NCBI GenBank assembly: GCA_964583105.1
Contig: CAZOUV010000001.1
Span: 65,617 to 129,616 of the forward strand
Source: an uncultured Gammaproteobacteria bacterium
GTDB lineage: Bacteria > Patescibacteriota > Microgenomatia > UBA8517
DNA: 64,000 bases
Direction: 5' to 3'
In this document: in pieces, positions 8,824-18,989 of the stretch
How the letters are laid out: every line of letters begins with the position of its first letter
Numbering within the stretch: position 1 is the stretch's first letter
Notes under the pieces: model-generated
Database searches by the model: none
Told to the model about the DNA's origin: nothing
Seen by the model: the letters and a program-made list of their open reading frames with translations, nothing else
Translations under genes and position numbers: made by a program

Positions 8824-10350
8824 ATGAATAAAATTTTACAAAATACATTTAAGAAAAAAAGAGTATTTACTTTTTTACTTGTGATTATTTTTGTTCTTGC
8901 CTTTATCTTGAGGACAATGTTTTTGTTCAAAAACTCTCTTACTTTTGGTTACGATCAGGCAAGAGATGCGATTATATCCCAATCCATTCTTAATGGAGAT
9001 TTAAAGATTCAGGGACCTTCTGCTTCCACCCCCGGTCTTTATCACGGAGTTTTTTATTATTATCTTTTGGCACCTAGTTATTTAATAGGTTCCGGCAGCC
9101 CCGTTGCGGCGGCTTATTGGATTGCTTTTTTAAATTCCCTAACCGTATTTATAGTTTTTTATCTAGGCTTTCTGTTTACTAAAAAGCCCTGGATGGGAAT
9201 TTTAGCCTCTTTCCTGTTTGCAATTTCTTTTGAGGCAACCCAATATGCAACCTGGCTTTCTAATCCGACAATTGCCGTTTGGACGGTACCTTTAATTTAT
9301 CTTGGACTATGGTTATGGATTTCCGGAAGAGGCAAAATCGGTTCGGTTGTTGCGGCTTTGGGTTTCGGGCTTTCCATTCAATCCGAAATTTTTCTTCTTT
9401 ATCACATTATCCCGATTTGCATTTGGCTTTGGATAAGCCGCAAAGACATAAAAAGAAAACAAATATTTACATTTGCTTTTTGGTTTATAGCCGCAGTCAG
9501 CACAATGATTTTGGTTGAGTTTAAATTTGGCTTCAGAAGCATTCAGGGTTTTAAAACACTTGCACTGGGTGGGGAAACCAATCTTGCATATGCAAAATCA
9601 ATCGGGGATTATTTAATTCTTTACCTTAATCAGATAGGAAGAATATTTGCATTTAATCTGTACCCGGGAAATATCGGTTGGGGAGGAGCCGTAGTAATAA
9701 TTCTTGGAATATATTCTTTGATTAAAAAAAATAAAGTGGGAGCGTTTTTGGCAACATGGCTCTTTGCACATATTTGGGTAGTTACCGTCGGAGGAACAAG
9801 TACGCCCTTTTTAATGGTTGGAATAGGTCCCGCGGTGTCACTAATTGTTGCCTACTATCTTTTGAAATTTAAGTCATGGATTCCCATGGTTTTAATAGTT
9901 CTTGTAATAGTCTTCGGAAATATATCCATGATTTTAAAAGAAAACCCTAAAGGCTCGACCTTGTTTTCGATTCAAAAAGACATGCTTTTAAGTAAACAAA
10001 TGCAGGTTATAGATTACACCTATAAAGAGGCCAATGGAGATGAATTTAGTATCAATACACTTACTTCTCCTCTTTGGATAAATATTGTCTGGAGTTACCT
10101 ATATAAATGGTATGGTTTGCCTAAATACGGATATCTACCTTCTTTCCATGGACATGATCAGGTAGGCCAGATTGATTCACTGGTTCAAGTATCTCAACCC
10201 GCCAAAACCTCGTTTTTGATTATTGAGCCGATGGCGGGAATCCCTCCCCAGTATCTTGATTTGACGGTGGGAGAAGAAGATGTGGAAAGCAAACTTATAG
10301 ATGAGACAAGTTTCGGTGAACTTCGTGTTCAGAAACGTTTCGTAAAATGA
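8824..10350 (+). CDS. GT-C-like polytopic membrane glycosyltransferase (ArnT/PMT-related, divergent)
   Basis: N-terminal TM then 'FGYDQARDAI' acidic loop motif, ~11 TM, C-terminal soluble domain. Confidence 0.45.
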   Translation: MNKILQNTFKKKRVFTFLLVIIFVLAFILRTMFLFKNSLTFGYDQARDAIISQSILNGDLKIQGPSASTPGLYHGVFYYYLLAPSYLIGSGSPVAAAYWIAFLNSLTVFIVFYLGFLFTKKPWMGILASFLFAISFEATQYATWLSNPTIAVWTVPLIYLGLWLWISGRGKIGSVVAALGFGLSIQSEIFLLYHIIPICIWLWISRKDIKRKQIFTFAFWFIAAVSTMILVEFKFGFRSIQGFKTLALGGETNLAYAKSIGDYLILYLNQIGRIFAFNLYPGNIGWGGAVVIILGIYSLIKKNKVGAFLATWLFAHIWVVTVGGTSTPFLMVGIGPAVSLIVAYYLLKFKSWIPMVLIVLVIVFGNISMILKENPKGSTLFSIQKDMLLSKQMQVIDYTYKEANGDEFSINTLTSPLWINIVWSYLYKWYGLPKYGYLPSFHGHDQVGQIDSLVQVSQPAKTSFLIIEPMAGIPPQYLDLTVGEEDVESKLIDETSFGELRVQKRFVK

Positions 10351-11006
10351 CGCCTGCGTCAGGAAGTGTTAGAATTCCTAAAATGAAAAAGAAACAGACT
10401 CCTTTTAATTGGTATGATGAATCCATAAAAGTGGATTTTTTCCAAAGATTTTGGCACAGAACAAGATTTAGTCAGGTATCCAAGGCAGTAGAACCCGTTA
10501 AAGGTATAGTTTTAGATGTAGGATGCAATGACGGGACCTTTTCCAAGGTGATTTTTGACAAAACAAAGGCAAAAAGACTAATAGGTATCGACATAGAAAA
10601 AGATCCGATTCTCTGGGCAAGCAAACATCAAAAAATAGTTGGTTTAAGTTTTCAGACAGGAGATGCCGAAAACTTGAAATTTAAATCCAATTACTTTGAT
10701 GCGGTTTTTTGTCTGGAGGTATTGGAGCATGTTAAAAATCCCCTAAAGACGCTTCAGGAGTTAAAAAGAGTAATGAAAAAGGGTGGTTATGGAATCTTTT
10801 TAGTTCCATCCGACAGCCTCCTTTTTAGAATAATATGGTTTATTTGGTTGAATTTTTACCCTCGAGGCTGGGTATGGAGAGAAACTCATATACAAACTTA
10901 TAGGGGCAGTTATTTGCCTAAAGTTTGCAGAAAAGCCGGTTTTAAGGTCGAGAAGGACAAAAAATTTAATCTGGGCATGCTACACTTAGTAAAAGTAAGA
11001 AAATAA
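10347..11006 (+). CDS. Class I SAM-dependent methyltransferase (Methyltransf_11-like)
   Basis: 'VLDVGCNDGTFS' SAM motif I, 'FDAVFCLEVLEHVKNP' motif; ATGA overlap with upstream. Confidence 0.7.
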   Translation: MTPASGSVRIPKMKKKQTPFNWYDESIKVDFFQRFWHRTRFSQVSKAVEPVKGIVLDVGCNDGTFSKVIFDKTKAKRLIGIDIEKDPILWASKHQKIVGLSFQTGDAENLKFKSNYFDAVFCLEVLEHVKNPLKTLQELKRVMKKGGYGIFLVPSDSLLFRIIWFIWLNFYPRGWVWRETHIQTYRGSYLPKVCRKAGFKVEKDKKFNLGMLHLVKVRK

Positions 11007-11010
11007 CAAA

Positions 11011-11898
11011 ATGAAAGCTTCAATAATTATTCCTAACTTTAATGGAGAAAAGTTGTTGGCCCAAAACTTACCATTTCTGCTTAAGGCAATGGAAAATGGG
11101 GAAAATAAAATTGCCGAGATTATTGTTGTGGATGACGGTTCTTGGGATGGAAGCGTTAAACTTATTAAAACCAAATTTCCCCAGATTAAATTGATTAAAC
11201 ATACTAAAAACAGAGGTTTTTCCGCTTCTGTAAATACCGGAGCAAGAGCCGCAAAGGAAAAGTTAATAGTTTTACTTAATAGCGATGTTGTTCCAAGTGA
11301 AGATTTTTTATCAAGGACACTAAATTTATTTGAGGACAAAAATCTTTTTGCAGTTTCTATGCATGAACAAGGCTATGGTTGGGCAAAAGGAACCTTTAGT
11401 GACGGTTTTGTGGGGCTTGCCATGGGTGAAGAAGGAAATTCTGTTTTACCCAGCTTCTATGTAAGCGGGGGAAGCGGAGTATTTAAAAGAGAGATTTGGA
11501 TGGAGCTTGGGGGAATGGACGAAAAACTTCTTTCCCCTTTCTATTGGGAAGATATCGATATTTGCTACAGAGCTTTAAAAAGGGGATACTTGGTTGTTTG
11601 GAATCCCGAAGCAAAAGCGGTCCATAATCATGAATCTACTATCGGAAAATTGCCGAAAAAATTAGTTGCAAGAATTAGGGAAAGAAACCAGCTTATATTT
11701 ATTTGGAAAAATATTACAAGCAAGAACCTTACAAGAAAGCATTTTGCGGGACTTGCAAAAAGGTTTATTAAGCATCCCGGCTATCTAAGAATTATATTTA
11801 TGGCTTTGGCTAAATTGGGACTAATTATTAAAGCCAGAAAAAAAGAAGCCAAAGAATCGAAAGTGTCCGATGAAGCGATTTTTTCGAGATTTAATTAA
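11011..11898 (+). CDS. Family 2 glycosyltransferase
   Basis: 'ASIIIPNFNGEKLL...IIVVDDGSWDGS', 'LNSDVV', 'YWEDIDICYRALKRGY'. Confidence 0.7.
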   Translation: MKASIIIPNFNGEKLLAQNLPFLLKAMENGENKIAEIIVVDDGSWDGSVKLIKTKFPQIKLIKHTKNRGFSASVNTGARAAKEKLIVLLNSDVVPSEDFLSRTLNLFEDKNLFAVSMHEQGYGWAKGTFSDGFVGLAMGEEGNSVLPSFYVSGGSGVFKREIWMELGGMDEKLLSPFYWEDIDICYRALKRGYLVVWNPEAKAVHNHESTIGKLPKKLVARIRERNQLIFIWKNITSKNLTRKHFAGLAKRFIKHPGYLRIIFMALAKLGLIIKARKKEAKESKVSDEAIFSRFN

Positions 11899-11903
11899 TA
11901 ATT

Positions 11904-12734
11904 ATGGGAAAACTTCTTTCAATTGTTATAGCAAGTTTCAATACCAAGAGCCTTACACTGGGTTCTATAAATTCGGTTATTAAATCTAACCCCAAGGTGG
12001 ATTATGAAATTGTGGTTGTTGATGATGCATCATCCGATGGAAGTGCCGAGGCTTTAAAAGAAGTTGTTGAAAAAAATAAAAACATAAAATTACTCATAAA
12101 CAAAGAGAATTTGGGTTATGTCGGAACCAACAATAAAGGAATTAAAAAATCGTCTGGAAAATACATACTTCTTTTAAATTCCGATACGGTAGTTAAAAAT
12201 TCAGCACTGGATTCCTTGGTTGATTTTGCCGAAAACCATAATGATGCAGGAGTTGTCGGAGCAAGGCTTTTAAATCCCGACGGATCGGTACAGGCTTCCT
12301 GCTACCGTCTGCCGACAATTAAAAATGCGATATTAGAATATTGGTTTGGGAAAAAAGGACTTTTCGAAAAATATATTCCTTCGGGAGAAAATTATAGGGA
12401 AGTGGAAGCCTTGGTCGGAGCAGCTTTTTTAATTACTCCCAAGGCTTTGCAAAAGGTAGGAATGTTAAATACTGCCTACAAATCTTATTTTGAGGATTTG
12501 GATTACTGCCGTGCGGTAGGAAAAGCAGGCTTAAAAGTATATTATTTACCCAAGGCGGAAATTTTTCATTATCACGGAGCCTCGTTTAGCAAGCTTGGGA
12601 ATGAAAAAAACCGTTGGAAAAAACTTATTCCCTCAAGCAAAATTTATCACGGTTTGTTTGGACATTACTTAATTAATGCTATCATTTGGATAGGTCAAAA
12701 ATGGGCATTAACAAAAAAAACATTGTTTGGATAA
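11904..12734 (+). CDS. Family 2 glycosyltransferase
   Basis: 'LSIVIASFNTKSLT...IVVVDDASSDGS', 'LLLNSDTVV', 'YFEDLDYCRAV'. Confidence 0.7.
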   Translation: MGKLLSIVIASFNTKSLTLGSINSVIKSNPKVDYEIVVVDDASSDGSAEALKEVVEKNKNIKLLINKENLGYVGTNNKGIKKSSGKYILLLNSDTVVKNSALDSLVDFAENHNDAGVVGARLLNPDGSVQASCYRLPTIKNAILEYWFGKKGLFEKYIPSGENYREVEALVGAAFLITPKALQKVGMLNTAYKSYFEDLDYCRAVGKAGLKVYYLPKAEIFHYHGASFSKLGNEKNRWKKLIPSSKIYHGLFGHYLINAIIWIGQKWALTKKTLFG

Positions 12735-14377
12735 TTCTTCTTCTTTTATTAATTATTCCTACTTTCTGGAAGCTTTTAAGGCCCGGCTTTTTTTCCATGC
12801 AGGATGATTTGCAGGCATTCCGCATTTATGAAATGGATAAATGCTTTGATGACGGACAGATTCCCTGCCGCTGGGTTCCCGATGCGGGTTACAGGTACGG
12901 CTATCCTCAATTCAATTTTTATCCGCCCTCCGTTTACTACATTGGGGCAGTAATGCACAGGTTTGGAATTCAGTATATCGATGCCGTAAAAATTCTTTTT
13001 GTGGCGGGATATATTGTTTCTGCTTTAACAATGTTTTTACTTGTTAGCTCCTTATTGGGTCCATGGCCGGCTTTCGTTTCATCCGTTCTTTATTCATATG
13101 TTCCCTATAAGGCGGTTGAAGTCTTTGTAAGGGGGGCAATGAGTGAATTTTGGGCTCTTTCGATCTTTCCTTTGATTTTCCGGGCGGTTTATAAACTTAT
13201 AAAGACCGAAAAGAAAAAATATTTTATCTGGTTTTCCATATCCATTGCCCTTCTTGTTACCACACACAGTCTGATGACTTTAATATTTGCACCCTTTGCA
13301 GTTATCTGGGCGGCTTATTGGCTTTATGCCGAAAAGAAGTGGAAACATGTTTCAAAAGTTATATTATCAGGTCTTTTGGGAATTGGACTTTCGGCCCTTT
13401 TCCTATTACCTGTAATTTTTGAAAAGAAATTTGTTCATGTTGAATCTATGCTTTCCGGATATTTCGATTACAGGGCCCATTTTGTGAGTTTGTATAAAAT
13501 TTTTATTTCCCGAGAGTGGGGATACGGATCATCCGGATTTCCCAAAGAACTTCTTAACCTCTCGACGGGAATGGTTCAGTGGATTATAGGAATTGTTGCT
13601 GTAGTTTTGGGGATATTTAGCCGTAAAAAAGAAAAGAAACTTTCTTTACTACTGTTTATTCTGGCAGGATGTGAATTGATAGCTCTTTTTATGATGCATA
13701 TGAAATCAAGTTTTATCTGGGCGAAGCTTCCGTTTCTTTGGTGGCTTCAATTTCCATGGAGATATCTTTCCGTTAGTATTTTCCTTCTTTCCATCCTTGC
13801 CGGACTTGCGGTCTATTTATCATCCAAAGCAAAGTATGTTTTGGGAAGTTTGGCAATTATTGCGGCAATTGCATTAAATATCGGTTTTTTTACTCCGAAG
13901 GATTGGTTGAATATTTCCGACTCGGACAAATTTTCAGGAATTTCCTGGGAAAAGCAAATGACAATCAGCATTTTCGATTATCTGCCTATTTATGCAAAAT
14001 TGCCGCCCATAACGGAAGCTCCGAAACTACCTGAGGTATTGGAGGGCTCGGCGGATATTACCGATTATCAAAAAGGAAGCGATTTTCAAACCGGTAAATT
14101 TGAAGTTAGCCAAGAAGCTGTAATCCGGTTACCCCTTTTTGATTTTCCGGGAATGAAGGTTAGGGCAAACGGGGAAGTAATTAAACACAGTAATGACGAT
14201 TGCCGCGGCCAGGAATTTTGTCTTGGTCTTATAACTTTCAATCTTCCTAAAGGAAGCTATTTTATTGATGCAAGACTTACAGATACTCCCGTAAGGAAAA
14301 TTGGCAATTATTTGACAATAGCTAGCATGGTTACGCTTATTTGGTTCATAATTAGAAAGAAGAAGAATTCGAAATAA
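12701..14377 (+). CDS. Polytopic membrane protein, 'QDD' family copy 1 (putative GT-C-like glycosyltransferase); tandem paralog
   Basis: TTG at 12686, first ATG at 12701; 'FFSMQDDLQAFRIYEMDKCFDDGQIPCRWVPDAGYRYGYPQFNFY', 'YAPYKAVEVFVRGA', 'LQFPWRY'; C-terminal beta-rich domain plus C-terminal TM anchor. Confidence 0.5.
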   Translation: MGINKKNIVWIILLLLLIIPTFWKLLRPGFFSMQDDLQAFRIYEMDKCFDDGQIPCRWVPDAGYRYGYPQFNFYPPSVYYIGAVMHRFGIQYIDAVKILFVAGYIVSALTMFLLVSSLLGPWPAFVSSVLYSYVPYKAVEVFVRGAMSEFWALSIFPLIFRAVYKLIKTEKKKYFIWFSISIALLVTTHSLMTLIFAPFAVIWAAYWLYAEKKWKHVSKVILSGLLGIGLSALFLLPVIFEKKFVHVESMLSGYFDYRAHFVSLYKIFISREWGYGSSGFPKELLNLSTGMVQWIIGIVAVVLGIFSRKKEKKLSLLLFILAGCELIALFMMHMKSSFIWAKLPFLWWLQFPWRYLSVSIFLLSILAGLAVYLSSKAKYVLGSLAIIAAIALNIGFFTPKDWLNISDSDKFSGISWEKQMTISIFDYLPIYAKLPPITEAPKLPEVLEGSADITDYQKGSDFQTGKFEVSQEAVIRLPLFDFPGMKVRANGEVIKHSNDDCRGQEFCLGLITFNLPKGSYFIDARLTDTPVRKIGNYLTIASMVTLIWFIIRKKKNSK

Positions 14378-14380
14378 ATT

Positions 14381-16060
14381 ATGAAAAGGTTATTTAGTAA
14401 ATACTGGCCGATTCTTCTCATTTTCGGCTTAAGCTTTTTGGTTACCTGGCCGCTTTTTAAATATGGATATTTTTCCCACCAGGATGATTTGCAGGTAATC
14501 CGAATTTTTGAAATGAGGAAGTGTTTTGTAGACATGCAAATCCCCTGTAGATGGGTACCCGATATGGGCTGGGGTAATGGTTTTCCTCTGTTTAATTTTT
14601 ACGGGGTTTTTCCATACTATTTTGGAGCAATACTGAGTTATTTGGTAGGTTTTATAGGAGCTTCAAAGGTCCTATTTTATATTTCTTTAACCTTGGGAAG
14701 TTTTGGAATGTATTTTCTTGTAAAAAGCCTTTGGGGAAAACTTGCGGGGGTAACTTCCGCCGTTCTTTATCTTTTCGCCCCGTATAAGGCCCTTGATGTT
14801 TATGTTAGAGGTGCACTTGCAGAAAGCTTGGCACTTGCGATAATTCCTTTTGTTTTCTACTTTGGCTATAAGTTAGTTGTTTCAGAAAATATTAAAAAGT
14901 ACTGTTTTTTATTTACACTTTCATTATTTATATTCCTGACAACCCACAACATTATGGTTATATTATTTGCACCGTTTCTTTTTGTATGGTTAACTTATTG
15001 GCTATTAAAAAATAAATGGAAAAATTTTAAACCGGTATTAATTTCCGGTTTATTGGGATTTGGAATGGCTTCCTTTTTTCTTCTTCCTGCGTTTTTTGAA
15101 AAGAATTTAGTTCAGACAGAATCACTTCTTCGTTTTGAATTGGATTTTAGAGCCAATTATCTGAAATTAAGTCAATTGTTTTTTGACAGAATCTGGGGCT
15201 ACGGGACTTCAATTCCGGGTCCCGAAGGAGGAATGAATTTCCAGGTCGGCTGGCCGTACTGGTGGTTGGTGGCAGTTTCAGCAATTATTTTGTTTTTCCT
15301 AAAAACCAAAAGAAGCGTCAAGGTTCTTGTTGTTGGAATTATTGCTGTTTTTATTTTTTCCGTATTTATGACACACAATAAGTCGACTTTTATCTGGATT
15401 AACATTCCTCTTCTTAAATATTTTCAATTTCCTTGGCGCTTTTTATCCTTGTCAATTTTTACCGCCTCTTTATTGGGGGGATTTGTGGTTACTTTCTTCA
15501 AGGAAAAGCTGGGAATATATATCGCCGCAATAATTATCGTTTCGACGGTTGTTTTAAACTGGAATTATTTTAAGCCTAAAACTTTTTACTCAATTTCGGA
15601 TTCCGAAAAACTATCGGGAGAACCTTGGCAGGAACAGAGAAAGGGGGCAGTGTTGGATTATCTTCCAAAAACCGCACTGGAGCCTATGGAAGCTGCACAG
15701 GAAAGTCCCATTGTAAGATCCGGCATATCTGAGATATCCAATTTTATTAATCGTTCAAACCGTTGGGAATTTGATGTTGACGTTACAGACAAATCTGAAA
15801 TAGAAATCCCCGTATACTATTTTCCTAATTGGGAAGTAAAGGTGGATGGAAAAACATATCCTTTTTCCTACAGTAATTTATTGGGAAGAATTACTGTAGA
15901 ACTTGATATGGGTAATTATAAAATTGAAGGACATTTTAAAGATACTCCAATAAGAAAGGTGGCCAATATAATTACGATTTTAAGCGCAGTAGGATTTATT
16001 TATTATGTAAATAGAAAGAACTTAGGTAATAATTACATAAATGATATTCACAAAAAATGA
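14381..16060 (+). CDS. Polytopic membrane protein, 'QDD' family copy 2 (putative GT-C-like)
   Basis: 'YFSHQDDLQVIRIFEMRKCFVDMQIPCRWVPDMGWGNGFPLFNFY', 'FAPYKALDVYVRGA', 'FQFPWRF'. Confidence 0.5.
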   Translation: MKRLFSKYWPILLIFGLSFLVTWPLFKYGYFSHQDDLQVIRIFEMRKCFVDMQIPCRWVPDMGWGNGFPLFNFYGVFPYYFGAILSYLVGFIGASKVLFYISLTLGSFGMYFLVKSLWGKLAGVTSAVLYLFAPYKALDVYVRGALAESLALAIIPFVFYFGYKLVVSENIKKYCFLFTLSLFIFLTTHNIMVILFAPFLFVWLTYWLLKNKWKNFKPVLISGLLGFGMASFFLLPAFFEKNLVQTESLLRFELDFRANYLKLSQLFFDRIWGYGTSIPGPEGGMNFQVGWPYWWLVAVSAIILFFLKTKRSVKVLVVGIIAVFIFSVFMTHNKSTFIWINIPLLKYFQFPWRFLSLSIFTASLLGGFVVTFFKEKLGIYIAAIIIVSTVVLNWNYFKPKTFYSISDSEKLSGEPWQEQRKGAVLDYLPKTALEPMEAAQESPIVRSGISEISNFINRSNRWEFDVDVTDKSEIEIPVYYFPNWEVKVDGKTYPFSYSNLLGRITVELDMGNYKIEGHFKDTPIRKVANIITILSAVGFIYYVNRKNLGNNYINDIHKK

Positions 16061-16071
16061 TGTCTACATAA

Positions 16072-17727
16072 ATGATTAAAAAAATACTAAATAAGTATTT
16101 ATTTGTTCTCATTATTCTACTTTCTATTCCTGCCGTAAGGTATTTGTTTGTTCACGGCTTTTTTGGGGTTTCCGATGATCTTCATATAGGCTGGCTTTAC
16201 GAAATGGACAGGGTAATAAAGATGTTTCAGTTTCCTCCCAGGTTTGTTCCGGATTTAAGTTTCGGTTTTGGCTATCCGCTTTTTACTTTTGTTTATCCGC
16301 TTCCCTTTTATATTGGAGAAATTTTTTATCTTATCGGATTTTCCCTGGTTAACAGTGTCAAAATTGTTTTCGGTCTTTCAATACCTTTTTCGATGTATTT
16401 TATGTACAAATTCCTCAGAGAATTTTTACCCAAAGAACTTTCTTTTGCAGGATCGGTTCTTTATGTATATGCGCCATATAGAGCAGTGGAAATATTTGTA
16501 AGGGGAGGAATTGGAGAAATTGTGGCTTTTGTTTTTCTACCTCTTATTGCCTTGGCTTTTGTACGTTTAACTAGCGAAAAATTGTCCCTTAAATGGATCG
16601 GAATCTGCGCTTTTTCAATTGCCGCGTTGGTATTATCACACAATATCATGGCTTATATGTTTATGCCTTTTGCGATTGTTTTATTAATTGCCAGATTAAT
16701 CTTTTTGACCAAGAATAAAAAGAAAGCGGTTTCATTCAGTTTGGCGGGGATAACTTTGGGACTTTTAATCTCCAGTTATTTTTGGTTTCCTGCGATTTCA
16801 GAAAGTTATCTTATGCGCTACGATACCGTTTTTAATTTCTACGATCACTTTCCTACTCTCAGGCAATTTATTACTCCCTATTTCGGATATGGAGCATCTG
16901 TTCCGGGACCATATGACACAATGTCTTTCTATTTTGGAATAGTCGGAATTCTGGTTATCTTATTCGGTTTAATATTATTCGTTTTTAAATTTAAAAAGTT
17001 TTCAAAAGAAGAAAAAATATATTTTGTCTGGGGAACATTTGTCTTTTTTGTAAGTGTATTTATGATGAATTATCGTTCAGCCTTTTTGTGGAGAAACCTT
17101 CCACTTTTACCATATTTTCAATTTCCCTGGCGTTTTATTTCAATGATTACTTTCTGTACTCCCGTTTTTCTTTTGGCTTTCTCAAAACACAGATTTATGA
17201 AAATTATTTCTTTAATAGTAGCCGTTGGGGCAATTATTCTTAATTTTAATTATTTTAAAACAAGCGAATATTTAGGTAGGGAAGACGGGTACTATCTTAA
17301 TAGGTATATTCCGGTGCCTTCCGCCTCCGATGAATACAAAAAAACATCCGAGGAGTATTTAAGACTACCTAAGGAAACCCTTGAAAGACCATCGGAAAAT
17401 TTACCAAGGGCATATGCCGAAGTACCCGGCATTAAGCAAATTAACGAAGAAAATGCTCTTGATGCGGTAGTTTTAACGGATTACAAAGAAGAATTTATTC
17501 TTAATTACAATAAGTACTATTATCCCGGTTGGTTTGCTAGAATAGATGGAAAGAGGGTAGGGATTTTGCCCGGAAAGCCATACGGACAGATAACAATAGC
17601 AGTTCCGAAAGGAGAGCATAGGATAGAAGTAGGTTATAGAGAATCTCCTAAAAGACTGATGTTTGATTTAATGTCGCTGGTAGGTTGCGGGATTGGGCTA
17701 TTCTTGATTTTAAAAAAGTCTAAATGA
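16072..17727 (+). CDS. Polytopic membrane protein, 'QDD' family copy 3 (putative GT-C-like)
   Basis: 'GVSDDLHIGWLYEMDRVIKMFQFPPRFVPDLSFGFGYPLFTFVY', 'YAPYRAVEIFVRGG', 'FQFPWRF'. Confidence 0.5.
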   Translation: MIKKILNKYLFVLIILLSIPAVRYLFVHGFFGVSDDLHIGWLYEMDRVIKMFQFPPRFVPDLSFGFGYPLFTFVYPLPFYIGEIFYLIGFSLVNSVKIVFGLSIPFSMYFMYKFLREFLPKELSFAGSVLYVYAPYRAVEIFVRGGIGEIVAFVFLPLIALAFVRLTSEKLSLKWIGICAFSIAALVLSHNIMAYMFMPFAIVLLIARLIFLTKNKKKAVSFSLAGITLGLLISSYFWFPAISESYLMRYDTVFNFYDHFPTLRQFITPYFGYGASVPGPYDTMSFYFGIVGILVILFGLILFVFKFKKFSKEEKIYFVWGTFVFFVSVFMMNYRSAFLWRNLPLLPYFQFPWRFISMITFCTPVFLLAFSKHRFMKIISLIVAVGAIILNFNYFKTSEYLGREDGYYLNRYIPVPSASDEYKKTSEEYLRLPKETLERPSENLPRAYAEVPGIKQINEENALDAVVLTDYKEEFILNYNKYYYPGWFARIDGKRVGILPGKPYGQITIAVPKGEHRIEVGYRESPKRLMFDLMSLVGCGIGLFLILKKSK

Positions 17728-18989
17728 AAAAAATAATTTCAATAATTCTTGCGGTAGGGATAGTTTTAAGGATTTTTCTATCTTTTTCCACATACCATTC
17801 CGATGTTGCTCCGTTTGATTTTGCGGGAAAGGTAATTTCTCAAGGAAATATCACCAATTTCTATGACTATTTATGGAATCTTCCGGAAGACCATCCTTAT
17901 TTGAAAGTTTATCCGAGAAATCTTTTTAACTATCCTCCGCCAGTTTATTTTTTCTTAGGAGGAGTTTCTTTACTAACCACATGGATGGTTAATCCCGAGG
18001 TGTATGCCAATTTTATTCTTGATTTTCCTTCAACACTGGGCAATATTCAGCTTAATCTGCTGCTTTTTCTTTTGAAACTGCCTTACTTTTTCTTCGATAT
18101 AGCAATCGCCTATATGCTTATGGCATTCTTCAAAGAAGAAAAGAAGAAGTTGTGGATTTTTGGTTTATGGATATTTAATCCTATCAACCTTTACGCAACA
18201 TACATGGTAGGACAGTTTGATATTATTCCCACATTTTTATCAGTTTGGGTACTTTATTTGGTCTTAAAAAATAAGGAAAAGATTGATTCCATTAGTTTAA
18301 TACCAAGCGGTATTCTTTTGGGAGTTGGGGCAGCTTTTAAAATATTTCCACTTCTTTTTATTCTGCCTTTGGCGCTTTTGAAGAAAGACTGGTGGGGAAG
18401 AATTAAGGTTTTATGTTCAGGATTTCTGACCTATCTTGTTTTGGCTTTTCCGTTTATATTTTCAAAAGGCTTTAGGGCAACAGCTGCCCTTGCCGGTCAA
18501 ACCACCAAAAGCCTGTATGCCCAAATTCCTATTTCGGGAGGGGAATCGATAATTTTATTTTTAGCGGTTGTTGTATTTTTGTATTTGGTATTTATTTATA
18601 AAAAGACTGCAGCCGAAGATTTGTGGAAAAGATTTTTCCTAATGATGCTTACTTTTTTTGTTTTTACCCATTATCACCTTCAATGGTTTGTTTGGATTAC
18701 CCCGTTTTTGCTGATTGATTTAGTGAAATCAAATTTTAAAAATTGGGTGGCTATAGTATTAACACTTTTAAGCTATATTGGTTTGATGACATTTTTTGAT
18801 CCGGGTTTGACTGTTTGGTTATTTGCCCCCATCAATCCTTTGCTTTGGGGAGCCCCCGGGGTTTGGCAGCTTATTGGGTTAAATCCCGACATTAATATCT
18901 TTAGGAGCATTTTCCATACTTTATTTGTGGGTGCGGCTATCTATTATTTTTATATTCATTTTCCAAAAAATACGGAGAATAAACTATGA
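17724..18989 (+). CDS. Polytopic membrane protein, probable GT-C mannosyltransferase-like (GT87/DUF2029-like), tandem copy 1
   Basis: 'YHSDVAPFDF...NYPPPVYFFLG', 'LKLPYFFFDIAIAYMLMAFF...IFNPINLY'; paralogous to 18986-20188. Confidence 0.4.
   Translation: MKKIISIILAVGIVLRIFLSFSTYHSDVAPFDFAGKVISQGNITNFYDYLWNLPEDHPYLKVYPRNLFNYPPPVYFFLGGVSLLTTWMVNPEVYANFILDFPSTLGNIQLNLLLFLLKLPYFFFDIAIAYMLMAFFKEEKKKLWIFGLWIFNPINLYATYMVGQFDIIPTFLSVWVLYLVLKNKEKIDSISLIPSGILLGVGAAFKIFPLLFILPLALLKKDWWGRIKVLCSGFLTYLVLAFPFIFSKGFRATAALAGQTTKSLYAQIPISGGESIILFLAVVVFLYLVFIYKKTAAEDLWKRFFLMMLTFFVFTHYHLQWFVWITPFLLIDLVKSNFKNWVAIVLTLLSYIGLMTFFDPGLTVWLFAPINPLLWGAPGVWQLIGLNPDINIFRSIFHTLFVGAAIYYFYIHFPKNTENKL

Noticed and set aside
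10986-11339. 117-aa minus-strand ORF over the 11011 GT2 start
   Set aside because: Shadow ORF; the sense strand has canonical GT2 N-terminal motifs.
12686-17727. The tandem paralogs as a recent segmental duplication or assembly artefact
   Set aside because: Copies are clearly diverged at protein level (conserved motifs in otherwise different sequence), so DNA identity must be low. They are ancient duplications, not collapsed/expanded repeats.
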